From assembly GCA_951406725.2 (NCBI GenBank), contig OX597818.1, forward strand, positions 107,322,001 to 107,386,000: a stretch of 64,000 nt of DNA, read 5' to 3'. Positions 38,736 to 50,959 of this stretch are shown here, piece after piece. The notes beneath the pieces are model-generated. The model worked only from the letters and a program-made list of their open reading frames with translations, did not search any database and was not told the origin of the DNA. The position numbers and the translations under genes were made by a program. Each line of letters opens with the position of its first letter. Positions within the stretch are counted from its first letter, which is position 1. The DNA comes from Octopus vulgaris (Eukaryota).

Positions 38736-38810
38736 TATTCAGATCACTGCCTAGAATCGAACTCGGAATCTTGGGGTTAGTAGCCCACGCTCTTAACCAC
38801 TACGCCATAT
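38336..38810 (-). mobile_element. tRNA-headed SINE with (TAA)n linker and hammerhead-bearing 3' module
   Basis: A-box TGGCGTAGTGG (38797-38807), B-box GAGTTCGATTC (38754-38764), (TAA)n interrupted by about 100 bp of other sequence (38530-38630), then a body with an HHR motif. Confidence 0.75.
38370..38413 (-). ncRNA. Degenerate minimal hammerhead ribozyme
   Basis: ACAC-CTGATAA-A-GGCTG-gagggtatat-CAGCC-GAAA-TG-T-T-GTGT: stems I and II intact; G8>A and ACGT>ATGT changes. Confidence 0.65.
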
Positions 38811-39479
38811 AGAACTGTACTTTTCCATTGGTTTTCATGTTATGAAATGAGAAGTGTTCTTCCATGCAAGAAAATGACTGTTTTTCAATTGAGTAGTACT
38901 CTACAGTATGCACAGAACTGTATTAAGATAAATACTACAAATTGAAAAACTACAAATTGACTTTTAACTTTTGCCTCAAGGGCCATTGCATTGACAGTTT
39001 TTTTTCAGTCTAGTTGTCAAGCCCCACACTTGGGAGCCATTCCATATAAGCATTGGATTTATGGATAACAATGCTTCGGCAGTTTATGAAACAACTGCTT
39101 GAAAAACTGGTTTAATAGTGTCATTACAGTTATGTGCTGCTTTCACTGTAGAGCTTGCAAGATTTAAAGTTATTTCTGAAAATTGGTTAAATTATTCTGC
39201 AACATCAAACTTTTGTAAAGCACGAAGTTTAAAATCCATAGCAATCCTTTTATGACTTCTTCTTTTCGATGACGGTTTACACTTCTGTTTGATGGCTTCT
39301 TTCAACTCCTTTTGAATAAGGATAAAGCAGTGTACAGGTGATTGTATACATTTTCAAAAAGTTAAACAGCAGCAGTAAGTAGGAAAATCTCAAAACATGA
39401 AAGCAAAACAGTCACATTGATCCCCAACAAATCCGCACAGAATACATATTATTTCAAAAAGCAAAATTTGTTTTATATA

Positions 39480-39638
39480 CGCGTAAGAGTGGCTGTGTGG
39501 TAAGTAGCTTGCTTCCCAACAACATGGTTCTGGGTTCAGTCCTACTACATGGAACCTTGGGCAAATGTCTTCTACTATAGCCTCAGGCCAACCAAAGTCA
39601 TGTGAGTGGATTTGGTAGATGGAAACTGAAAGAAGCCC

Positions 39639-39685
<47 letters not shown>

Positions 39686-39835
39686 GTATATGTTTGTGTG
39701 TCTGTGTTTGTTCCCCTATCACCATCTCTTGACTACTGATGCTGGCACATTTATGTCCCCATAACTTAGTGGTTTGGCAAAAGACACTGATAGAATAAGT
39801 ACTAGGTTTACAAAGAATGAGTCCTGAGGTGAATT
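39480..39835 (+). mobile_element. CORE-like tRNA SINE, tail cut by an RTE fragment
   Basis: gtggctgtgtggtaagtagcttgcttccc...gggttcagtcc...ccttgggcaaatgtctt, (TG)n, tail gcaaaagacactgatagaataagtact. Confidence 0.9.
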
Positions 39836-39844
39836 TTGCCTTTC

Positions 39845-40195
39845 ACTTACCACCGGCATAAGTGCCAGTAAGGCGATGCTGGTAACAATCATGCTCAAAT
39901 GGTGCTTTTCACGTACCACCAGCAAAGGTGCCAGTCATTGGCCCTGGCAATAATCATGCTTGGATGGTGCTCTTAGTGCTCCACTAGCACTGATGCCAGT
40001 CATGCTGTCATCAAATTTGATTTCAATTTCACTTGCCTCAACATGTCTTTGCAAGCAGAGTTTAGTGTCCAATGAAGGAAAGGTATGCATAAGTGGGCTG
40101 GTTACACCACTGGCATAGGCCATGGGTTATGGTCTCACTTGGCTTGCCCGGTCTTCTCAAGCACAGCATATTTCCAAAGGTCTCAGTCACTAGTC
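39845..40195 (-). mobile_element. RTE 3'UTR internal fragment
   Basis: Colinear with 17900-18175 (ccactggcataggccatggg.tatggtctcacttggcttg). Confidence 0.8.
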
Positions 40196-40210
40196 AAGGT
40201 CTTGGCCTAC

Positions 40211-40432
40211 ATATATATATATAAAGTTAATCCAAACATGAAAACACAAAGAGAAAACACAACAATGCGAGGACGTGGAACAAGTATAGTGTTATTGGAT
40301 GCTCAGGAAAGGAAAGAAAGAAGAAAGATTTAACGTTTCGAGCGGAACTCTTCATCAGAAACATAGGAAAAGGAAAGATCCAAGGAAGGGAAGACGGAGG
40401 AAAAAAATCGCCAACGATACACATGCGGTCAC
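40211..40432 (-). mobile_element. PLE pseudo-LTR-type element ending in (TA)n
   Basis: Pyrimidine-rich minus strand, carries an HHR, terminates in a TA run. Confidence 0.7.
40329..40361 (-). ncRNA. Minimal type-I hammerhead ribozyme
   Basis: TTT-CTGATGA-A-GAG-TTCCG-CTC-GAAA-CG-T-T-AAA: intact core, loopless palindromic stem III (ACGT), GUU site; typical PLE minimal HHR layout. Confidence 0.8.
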
Positions 40433-40434
40433 AG

Positions 40435-40580
40435 GTGCAGGTATTGCTGTATAGTTGAGAAACTTACTCCTCAGCCATGTGGTTTCAAGTTCAATATCAG
40501 CCTATGACACCTTAGACAAATTGTTTCTACACAGCTTTGGGTTAATGAATGCTGTGTGAGTAAATTTGGTAGATGAATAT
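40435..40580 (+). mobile_element. Degenerate CORE-like tRNA SINE head
   Basis: aagttcaatatc B-box, gacaccttagacaaattg, gtgagtaaatttggtagatg. Confidence 0.6.
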
Positions 40581-40817
40581 TGTATGTGTGTGTGTGTGCA
40601 TGTGTATGTGTTTGTGAATATATACGTATATATATATATGTACACACACACACACATACATATATATGTACATATGTGCACATAGGTTCATGGTGCGATG
40701 CAAGTTACAGATCCAACAGAGGGATGATTCTAGGATTGGCATTTATATAAAACAAGAAAACAGCACACACACACACAAATACACGCACACAGACACACAC
40801 AACTACACACACATGCA

Positions 40818-40890
40818 CATTTGCATGCATTTCTATCCATTTGCATGCATTTCTATCCATTTGCATGCATTTCTATCCATTTGCATGCAT
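40818..40890. repeat. 20-bp tandem repeat (about 3.6 copies) containing ATTTGCAT
   Basis: Unit catttgcatgcatttctatc; ATTTGCAT at 40819, 40839, 40859 and 40879. Confidence 0.95.
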
Positions 40891-41925
40891 ATAGGAGTGT
40901 GTATGTGCCTGACCATCTCTGTATGTGTGCATTGTTTTGTGTATGTCCAGATAACTAGATTACTAAATCCATAATAAACACCATGCTATAATATATACCT
41001 ACAATCACCAATGCATATAAAATCGACTATAACAGACCACACATTTCTCTTTGCATATTGTTATATGAAATAATAAATATACATGTCATATAACATATTA
41101 TTTATAGTGTGTTAAACAAAGGAAAATACTTGATGGGTAGGGTTTATATGTTTATAAAAATAATAAAATTTTACACCTTTTCACTTCGTTCTTTGTGTTT
41201 CTTGCCAGCTAAGGCCAATATTCTGCAAATTGTCATTCTCTGGCATAAAACTTGGGTTGTGAAACTGTGAAATTGAAATCTTAATATATTTCGTGTTCAT
41301 GCGAAATATTGTAAATCTGAGCCTGCAGTTGTATCATGTGGTGGACTGCTTTTATTTGGCAGCATATCAGCTCTGAGCAGAGATAGGATTAAAGGCATTC
41401 TTCCCGTGTTCATTTCACCATTTTGGGGAGTAGACTATAAGACTATATTATCTAACATGTTCTGTCCGGACCATTTTTAGGATGACAAGATATGATTATT
41501 TGAGGAAGTATTTCAGAACACAATATAAATATTTACACAATTAAGAATTCTAAATAAAAGTTGTGTAGACTGCATTCATTGTAATATTTTACTGATAATT
41601 AGAAAAAATAATTATCATCAAGAAACTTGTAACAATGAACCTGATTTTCCTACTGATGCTGTTGCTGATGATGATGATGAAAAGAAGAGGGAATGTGTAT
41701 GTGTGTGTGTGTGTGTGTGTGTGCCAAAACTATGTCCAAACCATACTGCTTGACCTTGCATGCTTTGCACTCTTCTCAGAAACTTGCTTATTTTTTATGT
41801 TTCATAGAGCTCAGGTAATTCTACCCTAAACAGTGATCACTGTTAATAAATACGGATGGCCATTTATGTATTGGTAAGAAAGAATATGTTAGTATCAGAA
41901 AGAGTGAAAGAGAGATAGAGAAAAT

Positions 41926-42079
<154 letters not shown>

Positions 42080-42609
42080 GAATCATACATAAGATAATAG
42101 AATTTGCTGAACTGTTGAAAATCAAAATCAAATGGAAGCTGTATGGAAAGACGAGAGAAAGAAGACTCTGCACAGTGAGAAAGGAATTTCGTGTTCATCC
42201 ACACAAATAAAGTTTATCGAATTGGTAAGCAATCTCCTTGAAAATGACAATCAAAACAGTCCTTATTTGCCGTTGTATTAAAATATACACTCACACACAA
42301 ACACACACACACATGCATACACAAATACTTATACATATATACATATGTATATTTGTATATATGAACATTCATATCTGTATGTATAATTTGTATATATGTA
42401 TTTATGTAAGTATATATACATATGCATATTATATATATATGTATATATAAATATAAATGTGTGTAAATGTGTGTATGTATGTATGTATAGATATATGCAT
42501 ATATATATAATAGAATATATACATATATATATACTATACATACATACACAAACATATATATCTACACATATACATACACACACTTGTATATATAGTGAGC
42601 AATACATGG

Positions 42610-43140
42610 GGAGATGAGGGTGTACAGCTGTACAGCCTTATACATAGGATCAACCGAAAATTTTAAGCAATGATATGCCGCTCACCTCCATTCTTTTAGA
42701 TACGATAAACATAGTAAATCTACAATACTCGCCAAACACATACATTATCTCAAAAATACATATATACCCTATACTCTGTCATGGTCCATACTGGATTCAG
42801 GGCTTCCCTACCGAGGTCAGCGCTCAACCTGCAAGCTTTTCATATCTTATCTAAATTAACTATTGCTTAACCATATTCTCACACCATCTCCGATGAAGGG
42901 ATATTCTAAATATCCTGGAAACAGCTATAAGACCTTCTCTTTATAAATGTTCTAAAATCTTCTCAGCCTTGGATTTTTATTTCATTATGAAAAAATGTTT
43001 ATATATACACATGCTGATATATGACCTACATTGGACCCCTTATTCACACAATCACCGAACCTGAAGCTTAACTATGGTCTATCCATAGCACTTATTCAGC
43101 ATTACCTGACACCTTTGGGTCTTATTGACACCATTACCTG
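42610..43140 (+). mobile_element. Penelope-like element 3' end: GIY-YIG endonuclease relic plus pseudo-LTR
   Basis: From 42620: VYSCTALYIGSTENFKQ*YAAHLHSFRYDKHSKSTILAKHIHYLKN...LSWSIL...PY...CKL; the stop (TGA) sits where the GIY-YIG Arg (CGA) is expected. Confidence 0.88.
42887..42932 (+). ncRNA. Degenerate minimal hammerhead ribozyme downstream of GIY-YIG
   Basis: TCT-CCGATGA-ag-GGATATT-cta-AATATCC-tg-GAAA-CAGCTA-T-A-AGA: U4>C core variant; near-palindromic stem III. Confidence 0.6.
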
Positions 43141-43191
43141 ATATATACATACAAAATACAGCAATACATATATATAATAATAATGAACTTT

Positions 43192-43484
43192 CCTGTCGGT
43201 AGATGACATATGAGGGTTCGACAATTTCTTACCGAGCAACCACACAGATGATTTGTTTATAGTGATCAAATGTTTGTGTAGACATTACCTCGCTCCCTCC
43301 ATCAGATCGACATTACCTCTACAGGTACAACTGGGTGCCACATGTCAGAGGTTGAAATGATCGCAGAGCAACGTGAAATGAAATGCTTTGCTCAAGAACA
43401 CAATGCAATGCCTGGTCTGGGAATTGAACCCACCATCTCACAATCGTGAGTGCAACATCCTAACCACAAAGTCATGTACCTTCA
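43192..43484 (-). mobile_element. tRNA-derived SINE
   Basis: Minus strand: gtggttaggatgttgcactcacgattgtgagatggtgggttcaattcccag (tRNA head), ttgtgttcttgagcaaagcatttcatttcacgttgctc. Confidence 0.8.
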
Positions 43485-43592
43485 CACACACACACACATA
43501 CATAATAGATCAAGATTCAAGTGAATCAGGCATAACTGTAGTGAATTAACACATCATCCATCTATTGTTATTTATATATATATATGTATATA

Positions 43593-43657
<65 letters not shown>

Positions 43658-43823
43658 ATATATATATAGGTAAGCAGATTTAGCAGTTATATATCAGTGT
43701 CAGTTACCTGTGTTATCTGTGGGTATGCAGGAATAAACAAAAGTTTATCTGGAATCAAATTTAAATAATTAGAAAATGGAGAAAACCTTAGATCAACAAA
43801 TCAATTGGACCACATCTGCAGCC

Positions 43824-43874
<51 letters not shown>

Positions 43875-44569
43875 CAACAACCATGGCCACTCCTCATCAG
43901 TACTAGCACAATTGATGAACTAATAAATTCCACAATCGAGAGCCCTTGGCTGTTCAGCTATCCACTTCCTCATTTCCTAGGAATACCACAAGTGATCCAT
44001 CATCATCATCATTACCATCATGTTCCAATGCTACTAGCCTTACTACAACTAAACAATTGCAACGATAAGATAAATATTGGAAGTCCCTCTTCAATACTAG
44101 AACAATTGATGGCACATTAAACAACACAGTCCCTAGCTCTTCTCCCCAGTCAAGTCACTCAAATTCTACTCAAATTCTTCTCAGAACGACACAAGTGGTC
44201 CATCATCGCCATTGTCATCCTATTCTAATGCTACTACCATTACCACTACTACTACTTCAATTAGTGAAGAATCACTCCTGTTTTCCTCCACCTACCACCA
44301 CTCTCCACCTCAATCTGAATGTATACCTGACAGCACCATGACAAATAAAATAAAATTATGAACACACGAAACCCCACAATCTGCTATTCTCAACGTGAGA
44401 ACCTATGCATATGCAATGACTGTAACTTCACCCATTTACCTGGAACAAGATGCACAATTTCTACTAGCAATACCAGCCAACGCCAAACCACACATCTTAC
44501 AACACCACCACCACTACGACTGAATGCTAAATCACATTTAATAAATTCTACACATTGAACTTCGTTCAC

Positions 44570-44815
44570 CAAATCACCGTTCTTCTGAAAGCACTATGGG
44601 CCAGTCTTTGTGATGAAAATGTCTTCATGCTGCAAGCCTGTGTCTGCTGCATCAAGCAAGAGAATGTTCAGCACACTACGTTGTTTGAAGATCTGACTCC
44701 GTGCCACAATGACATAACATTGTCTGACACACTGTGCTGTAATGCATGGACATAAAAGATCTTGAGTAATGAAAAGACTTGGGATCTCCTGGAAAACTTC
44801 ATCACCAAAATGAGC
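44570..44815 (+). mobile_element. hAT transposase C-terminal dimerisation-domain relic
   Basis: Frame from 44628: CCKPVSAASSKRMFSTLRCLKI*LRATMT*HCLTHCAVMHGHK, matching PxSxAxxERxFSxLxRLKTxLRxTM. Confidence 0.8.
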
Positions 44816-44923
44816 ACTAAAATATCTTTTTCTTCACCTCTATTTTCTTCCAGAATTATCTATTTTTGATTTTATTGTGTCTAATAGAACATGTTTTAAC
44901 CTTCGGATTATATAGAAGAGACA

Positions 44924-45796
44924 TACAAGGGGCTACCCAAAAGAAAGCGGAAATTTGCAATATTATTTTACTCACTCAGTTTTACATGTTTACACTCTTA
45001 GCAATGCATCGGCCTAGGCACGTTTCCCACTATTTGAAGCAGTGCTGGAACTCTTGGTGAATTGATGCCTTTTAACGTCTCTGTCATTTTGTTTTTATTC
45101 ACCTCTTCCACATCTATAACTTCTGTAGCACCAGCTTTCATCACCAGTGATGACCTTCGAAAAAAGGTCCAGATCAACTCAGTTCACAACATGCATTCAG
45201 TCGTGACAGCTTTTGATCTTCCATGAGCAAAGATGGGCACAAATTTTGCTGCAGCTCTTTGCATTCACAGTTGCTCTCTCAAAATTTCCTGGCACAATTC
45301 CAATACCCACCAGTCATATCAACAAGTTTGTCAGTTGTTTGGTGAAGGTCCTCCAAGATCAGTTCTTGAATTTTCATAATGTTTTCATTCATTCGGGACG
45401 TCTACTGTTGTCCTGAATGAGGTTAGTCTCCCAGTAACAAGTGACCATTCCTAAAGCATGAAAGCCACTTGTAAACTTGTGTTTTGCTCATGGCAGTGTC
45501 TTTGTAAGCTGTTCGAAGCATGACAACTGGTTTGGCCACCGTTTTCCCCAGCAAAAAACAGGATTTCCTGGAAGCACACTGTTTCTTCATTTCCTCCATC
45601 ACAAAAATTGGAGAACTAAGGAGAAGCACTGCAAAGCAAAGCTGCACCACGTAAAAGTATGACATCATTAGACGATACCTGTTGGCAGACTGATGCCTGA
45701 GGGTTGCATCAAGTGGTTTTTAGTGGCAGAAGCCTGAACTATGACAGGCTTGTCCCGCAGAGAACGTTTCCGGTTACTTTTGAGTATCCCATTGTA
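44924..45796 (-). mobile_element. Internally deleted mariner transposon
   Basis: TA-flanked TIRs tacaaggggctacccaaaagaaagcggaa / ttccggttacttttgagtatcccattgta; N-terminal HTH CFLLGKTVA...MSKTQVYKWLSCFRNG; most of the catalytic domain after ITGDE is missing. Confidence 0.9.
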
Positions 45797-46049
45797 TTTA
45801 TTAATTATTTTTTACCTGTTTTGCAGCATATTTCCCTCCAGTTTCCTTAATGAGCAAAACCTGTTTTAGAGCCCTTTTATCTCTTAATATATAGCCATCA
45901 CTTCATCCACCATTTGTCTACCTTCTCCCAATTTCTCATTACAGCTAAATTCTCTCTTCTCATAACTAATTATAGATCAAGTAACATTTACACTCAAGAT
46001 GAATACCTTCCATTCCTTATCTTTAATCTCTTTCCATTAATCCTTTCCA

Positions 46050-47110
46050 TTAATCTCTTCTCCCCTTCACTTCAATAAATGTACAATTTCTGTCTTCTGC
46101 AACTATGAATTATATCAGCTGAACAAAATAACATTTTTTTTCTCCAACAAGCTCCTTTCCTGCAAAACATATGGCTATCTGTAATAAAGTATTTAATATA
46201 GCATGTCATACAATTCTCAATGTGTTACTCATCATTGAGACCTTAACTTTATTTGGAAGTGGAGTCTAGTTTATAACCAGCCTTCCATATGTGATTGGTT
46301 TAGACAAGTTAGTCAACTTCTGCTTCGTCTGTTATTGCCTCTACTTTGCATGACTGACTGAGCTGCCATGCATTAGTGTTTCTCAACGTGAACACAGCCT
46401 TTGTTTATTTTATTAGCTTATACACCATAATAGTTTTCATGACAGTTGTACAGCTGTAACTCACTTTTAGACAATTCCTATTCAATAGTTATCGGCACAG
46501 CTGGTTATTGGAGAAATGCTAATAAGTTAGGATTTAGATACTGTGGTAATGTTTGACTTAACATTTGAGTAAAAATTAGGCTGTTAGATGTTGTATTGCA
46601 GTTTGTTCTAGAATTGGAAGACTTTGGAAATTAGAATTATGATCTCATCTTTGAGCTGCCAGCAGCTACAGCCCTATTGGAATAAGAGAGTTCTTTGTTG
46701 AAGATTATTAGATGAAAGGTGGAAGATCTTTCTAATAATGTTGCTCATTCAAAAATCATGTGTTAGTGGCACAAGTTGATGTTAATTTATGATATTCCAG
46801 GAATAACTAAACCCAGGATGAAATCTAAAAAATTTACCACAAGTTTGATGCCGAAGGTTGATGTTAGGTCAAAATTCATAAATTTTTGTTTGTCTTGGTT
46901 TTTCTTGAATGTGTCCATTGTATGTTTGCAGACATGTTATGACTGCATATGAAACAGTCATCTCTACATAATCTGGTGTTTCTCCTCACCTCTATGTTGC
47001 CTGATATTTAATGTAGAAAATTTCTTACTTAGTGAGTCTGATAGAGGCTGGTGAGATCGTATATTTCTGGGCTACGGAAGAACTTGATATTCATATTGAA
47101 TGATCAACTA
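46050..47110 (-). mobile_element. Heavily decayed Penelope-like element (RT core to GIY-YIG)
   Basis: SPEIYDLTSLY (cf. AEICDLVGLY), RLCRDDC (cf. GLYRDDG), VVNFLD, ININLCH, HLSSN..FNKE; tacagctgtaca (YSCT) shared with 42620. Confidence 0.65.
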
Positions 47111-47320
47111 ACAAGGCCTGTTTTTTTTTTTTTTGGTTTTCTACTCAGGACAAATCCTTGTCGGAGAGCAGTCTCCTTTAAGCATGCATAATTATACCAA
47201 TATGATTATTATCTGTATCATTATGCACTCCAGAAACACTTTGGGTGCTAATGAACTGAGATTTAGAAATCAATGTACAAAATGTCAAAATGAGTGAACT
47301 TAATCGTATTTATTAATAAT

Positions 47321-47372
<52 letters not shown>

Positions 47373-48099
47373 TGGAATCAACAAATTGCTTTGCTACAGT
47401 TATTTTTGTTCTCTTACTAGAATCTGGTCGCCTTACCAATGCTATTAATTATTTCCAAGATATCCTTGCCATGTAATCATATTTTGCTTTTTTATTTTTA
47501 AGGGTTAATCAATCTACATTTTGCATCTGTGACCTTTTAGTTTAGCGTACACTTTGCAATTAGTTAGACATTCTAACTTACAATTTTTACTTCAATATTT
47601 TATATTGCTGCTTTTTAGCAGTTTTGGGTAAATCATTATTCCTTGTTTAGAGTTTTTGTTTCTAAAAAAATGTATTTGCTGCTTCGGAGAATAGAAAAGT
47701 TGTTTGATTTTTTTTATTATCCATGAAAATGTACAAAGGCTAAGTGCACTTACAGAAACACAAATATATACCAATTCCATGAATACTGCAAGGAGGAGGT
47801 GAGCGCATAATCAAAAGTGGTCCTACAAAACCAAACCACACCACAGAGCATAAACATTATGTCGTAATAGCAGAAGACGTGTTTAGAAAACATTACACTA
47901 GCTATGCATAATGTTTCAGACAGAGAAAAAAGAACTACAAAAATATTGAGGTATGTCTGGCACTTAAAAGAGTATGGTACTGATTTTCGCAATGTGTTTA
48001 GAGATCATATTGAGAAAACAACCACAAATCAGTGAGTCAAAAAGTGAAACTTATGTTCAAATATGAAGAGACTTGACTTCTACTGGGAGGAATTTGGAA

Positions 48100-48350
48100 G
48101 AATTCCAACCAGGTTTTGTGGTTCGCTACCTCAACAGTTCTCTTATAGGATTCAGTGGCTAAAGACATCATCAGGAGGAACCACGCCTGGTTTCAGCCCT
48201 TACTCCTCTATCGGTTTTGATATGGTGGGGCCCCACCTTTTGAAGATGTTTTCAACTTTGGTGTTGAGTGTGTTTTTCCTTTCTCTCTTTTTCTTTGGCC
48301 TTTTGTTCTTTGGCTTCTTTGATGCAGTGTCAGCAAGTGTCAGTGGGTGA
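48100..48350 (-). repeat. Second copy of the 31112-31350 repeat
   Basis: Colinear similarity with 31112-31350. Confidence 0.75.
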
Positions 48351-48499
48351 CTGACCATCCTGACTAATTTCCCTTTAAATACTCACCGGCAGACTCCAGC
48401 AGTCAGCACCAGCTAGTTGTCACATGACACTGTCTAAGCTTCAACCGACCAATAGAAGGGAAGGATGCAGAGTTTTGGCCTGGGCTCTCTCTAAACCTC

Positions 48500-49950
48500 C
48501 CTTCCAACAGTGTTGTGTTTGTTTCAGTCCCAGCAGCCAGAGCCAATCAGCTGTTTGATGCATCAATACTTTTGAGAAATTCTCTAAATACAAGAATTCT
48601 TTACAAAATGTCACCTCAAGAAATCTTGAAGTCTTTTTATAAATGTAACGCTCCATTATGAATGAATTCCAGAGGCATGTTGTCTAAGTGTGGAACTTTC
48701 TTGAATGTATTCTACTGGTAACTTCACTGATATCCAGCACAGTGAAAGATATTACAGTACAGAAAATGATCAAAGGAATTTCTTTTGTGGAATTCTTATT
48801 TAGAAATGTTTTTCCACCATTTCAAGACATTCCACTTGTAAGTGGGATCCCTGAAATTGTTTTCTAATTTCAATGCTTCTCTGAAACTATATTGTTCCAG
48901 GCAACTCTTTGATTCCGGCACAGAAGTTCAGCTAGTTTCAGAAATCTATGCATTTCTAAAGTTCTTCAGATTTTTCCTGCCGCCAGCTGTTCTGCATCTC
49001 TTTTATATATGCATGACTTTTTTGCTTGAGGTCTTTACGCTGGATGTTGGAGCCGATTCATGAGATAATGGGTCTTTTCCTGTGACATTAGTGAGTAGAG
49101 ATTTCTTTTTTACTATCATCAAACCTACCCTAATTCTTCTTTTACACGAAACCAATTATTTTCTCTGTAGATTCTATGATGCTTTGCAGAGCAGACCATT
49201 TTTTGTCTTCAAGTTTTATGAATTGGAATTATTAGCTAGTTGTTATTTGATGGCTTCTTTGAATTCTGTTGTCTAAGATGCTTCAATATATTTACTTTTC
49301 ATGTAGATGAGTTTATTTTGTGGATTCTTTTATCTTTTATTCTTTTAATGGTTTCAGTTGCTAGACTATAGCCATGCTGGAGCACTGCCTTACATTTTTT
49401 TGTTGTTGTTGCTTTATGATTGAAAGTTGGTTGATGATTGAGTTTGTAGTTGCTGATCTGCCCTGAGTGTATCCTTGAATGACTGGTTGGTCTGGTATCA
49501 TCGTTAAGAGTTCATCCTATGCTTTTTTGAAAGTTTCAGTAGAGGTCCCTTTTATATTTCTAATCTCTTTGCATAAGCAGTTGAATACTTGTGGAGTGTT
49601 TTTGCTCATGAGTTTCAAGATGGTATTTTGGGAAGCTGACAGTACCTACCAATTCGAGCATTAAAATTCACTTTAATATCAATGTTTGGAACTTGTCCCT
49701 CAAGGATCTTCCTTATGTATATAATAGCATATCTCTCTGTTTGGTGTTCAACAAAGTTGAGATACAGAGCTTTCAAGCATTCTCAGTAATTAGGGCCATT
49801 AACTGAAGTTATTTTACTGGTAAATGTTCTTTGTAACCCTAATAATAATTGAACACCTAAAGCATGGGTGAAACTACATGCTTTTGAAATGGACAATGAC
49901 GCTTAAAAATTTTGCTCCACATTCAGTCCAAAAAGCAGTTCAATGCATTG
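48500..49950 (-). mobile_element. Possible very old PLE-type RT relic
   Basis: Faint motifs only: NGPNY*E (cf. KGPNYRE) and FDHFLYCNIFH (cf. FDFSTLYTNIPH). Confidence 0.3.
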
Positions 49951-50959
49951 TAAGTTAATAACAGTTTACTATTCCCAGCTGTAGCATTGTTGAGTTTATG
50001 TCTTGTTATCTTGGAGAAAGTGGTTGCTAGTCGACCGTAGAATTAGTCCCTGGTGCTAACCTTAGCCCCTGGTGTACATGTACAGGTGAAGATGTAAGTA
50101 ATGGTATGAGCTCCTTTCAGAGATCTATGCAAAATCATGTGACTCTCATTGATGGCCATTGGTGTGAGTCGATTGATATTCCTTAGTATTGTTTTCGTAG
50201 TAAAACTGATTCTTTTAATGCAGCATCTTTCTTTCTTCTCTGACCAAAGAGTACTGTAACCTGGGACTGGATTCTTTGAATTTTTATTCCCCTTATAGTT
50301 TTATTGTCATGTAATCTTGCAAAATCAATCTTTAGTCTTGTGAGTTTGTGAGTCATAAGAGCAGTTTTTTTTCAGGTTTGTTGCCATTGTCCTTTATATC
50401 AAGTTCTCACATTTTTTCCATGTTCCAAGAATCATTTCTGTAGGACAATCAACATATTTACTGATATTTCTACAATAATAAGAGTGAAACATTGGACATG
50501 GTTTCTTATCCTGATGCATTAGAGATTTCTGTTGTTTAACCAGCATTTTTAGGGCCTTCCCTATTTGAATAAACCATGGTAATTCTATGAAAATTTGACC
50601 AGACACAGATGCAGGCACGTGTGTGTGTGTGTGTGTGTATGTGAGTGTGTGAGTGTGCGTGCGTGTATGTGTGTGTGTGATCTTATACACCACCATCATC
50701 ATCAGTGTTTTAACAGTAACGATACAAGCAGTTTTTCATGCTTTCATGGGTAGATGGAATTCGTTGAGAGAGATATTTTATGGCCAAATGTCCTTCCTGT
50801 TGCCAAGCCTCACCAGTATCCAAGCAAGGCAACATTTCTCTTTGGCCAAACATGCATTTTGTGGAAGATGGAAATGAAGGACATCCATTGTATCATGGTG
50901 ACATTTGGTTGGGACCATTACATAATGTCAAGAAAAAAATGCACACACACAAGCGTATA

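Noticed and set aside
38737-38810. Functional tRNA gene (apparent ACT anticodon)
   Set aside because: Acceptor and anticodon stems pair poorly and it runs into a repeat body; it is a SINE head. The same applies to the other tRNA-like heads.
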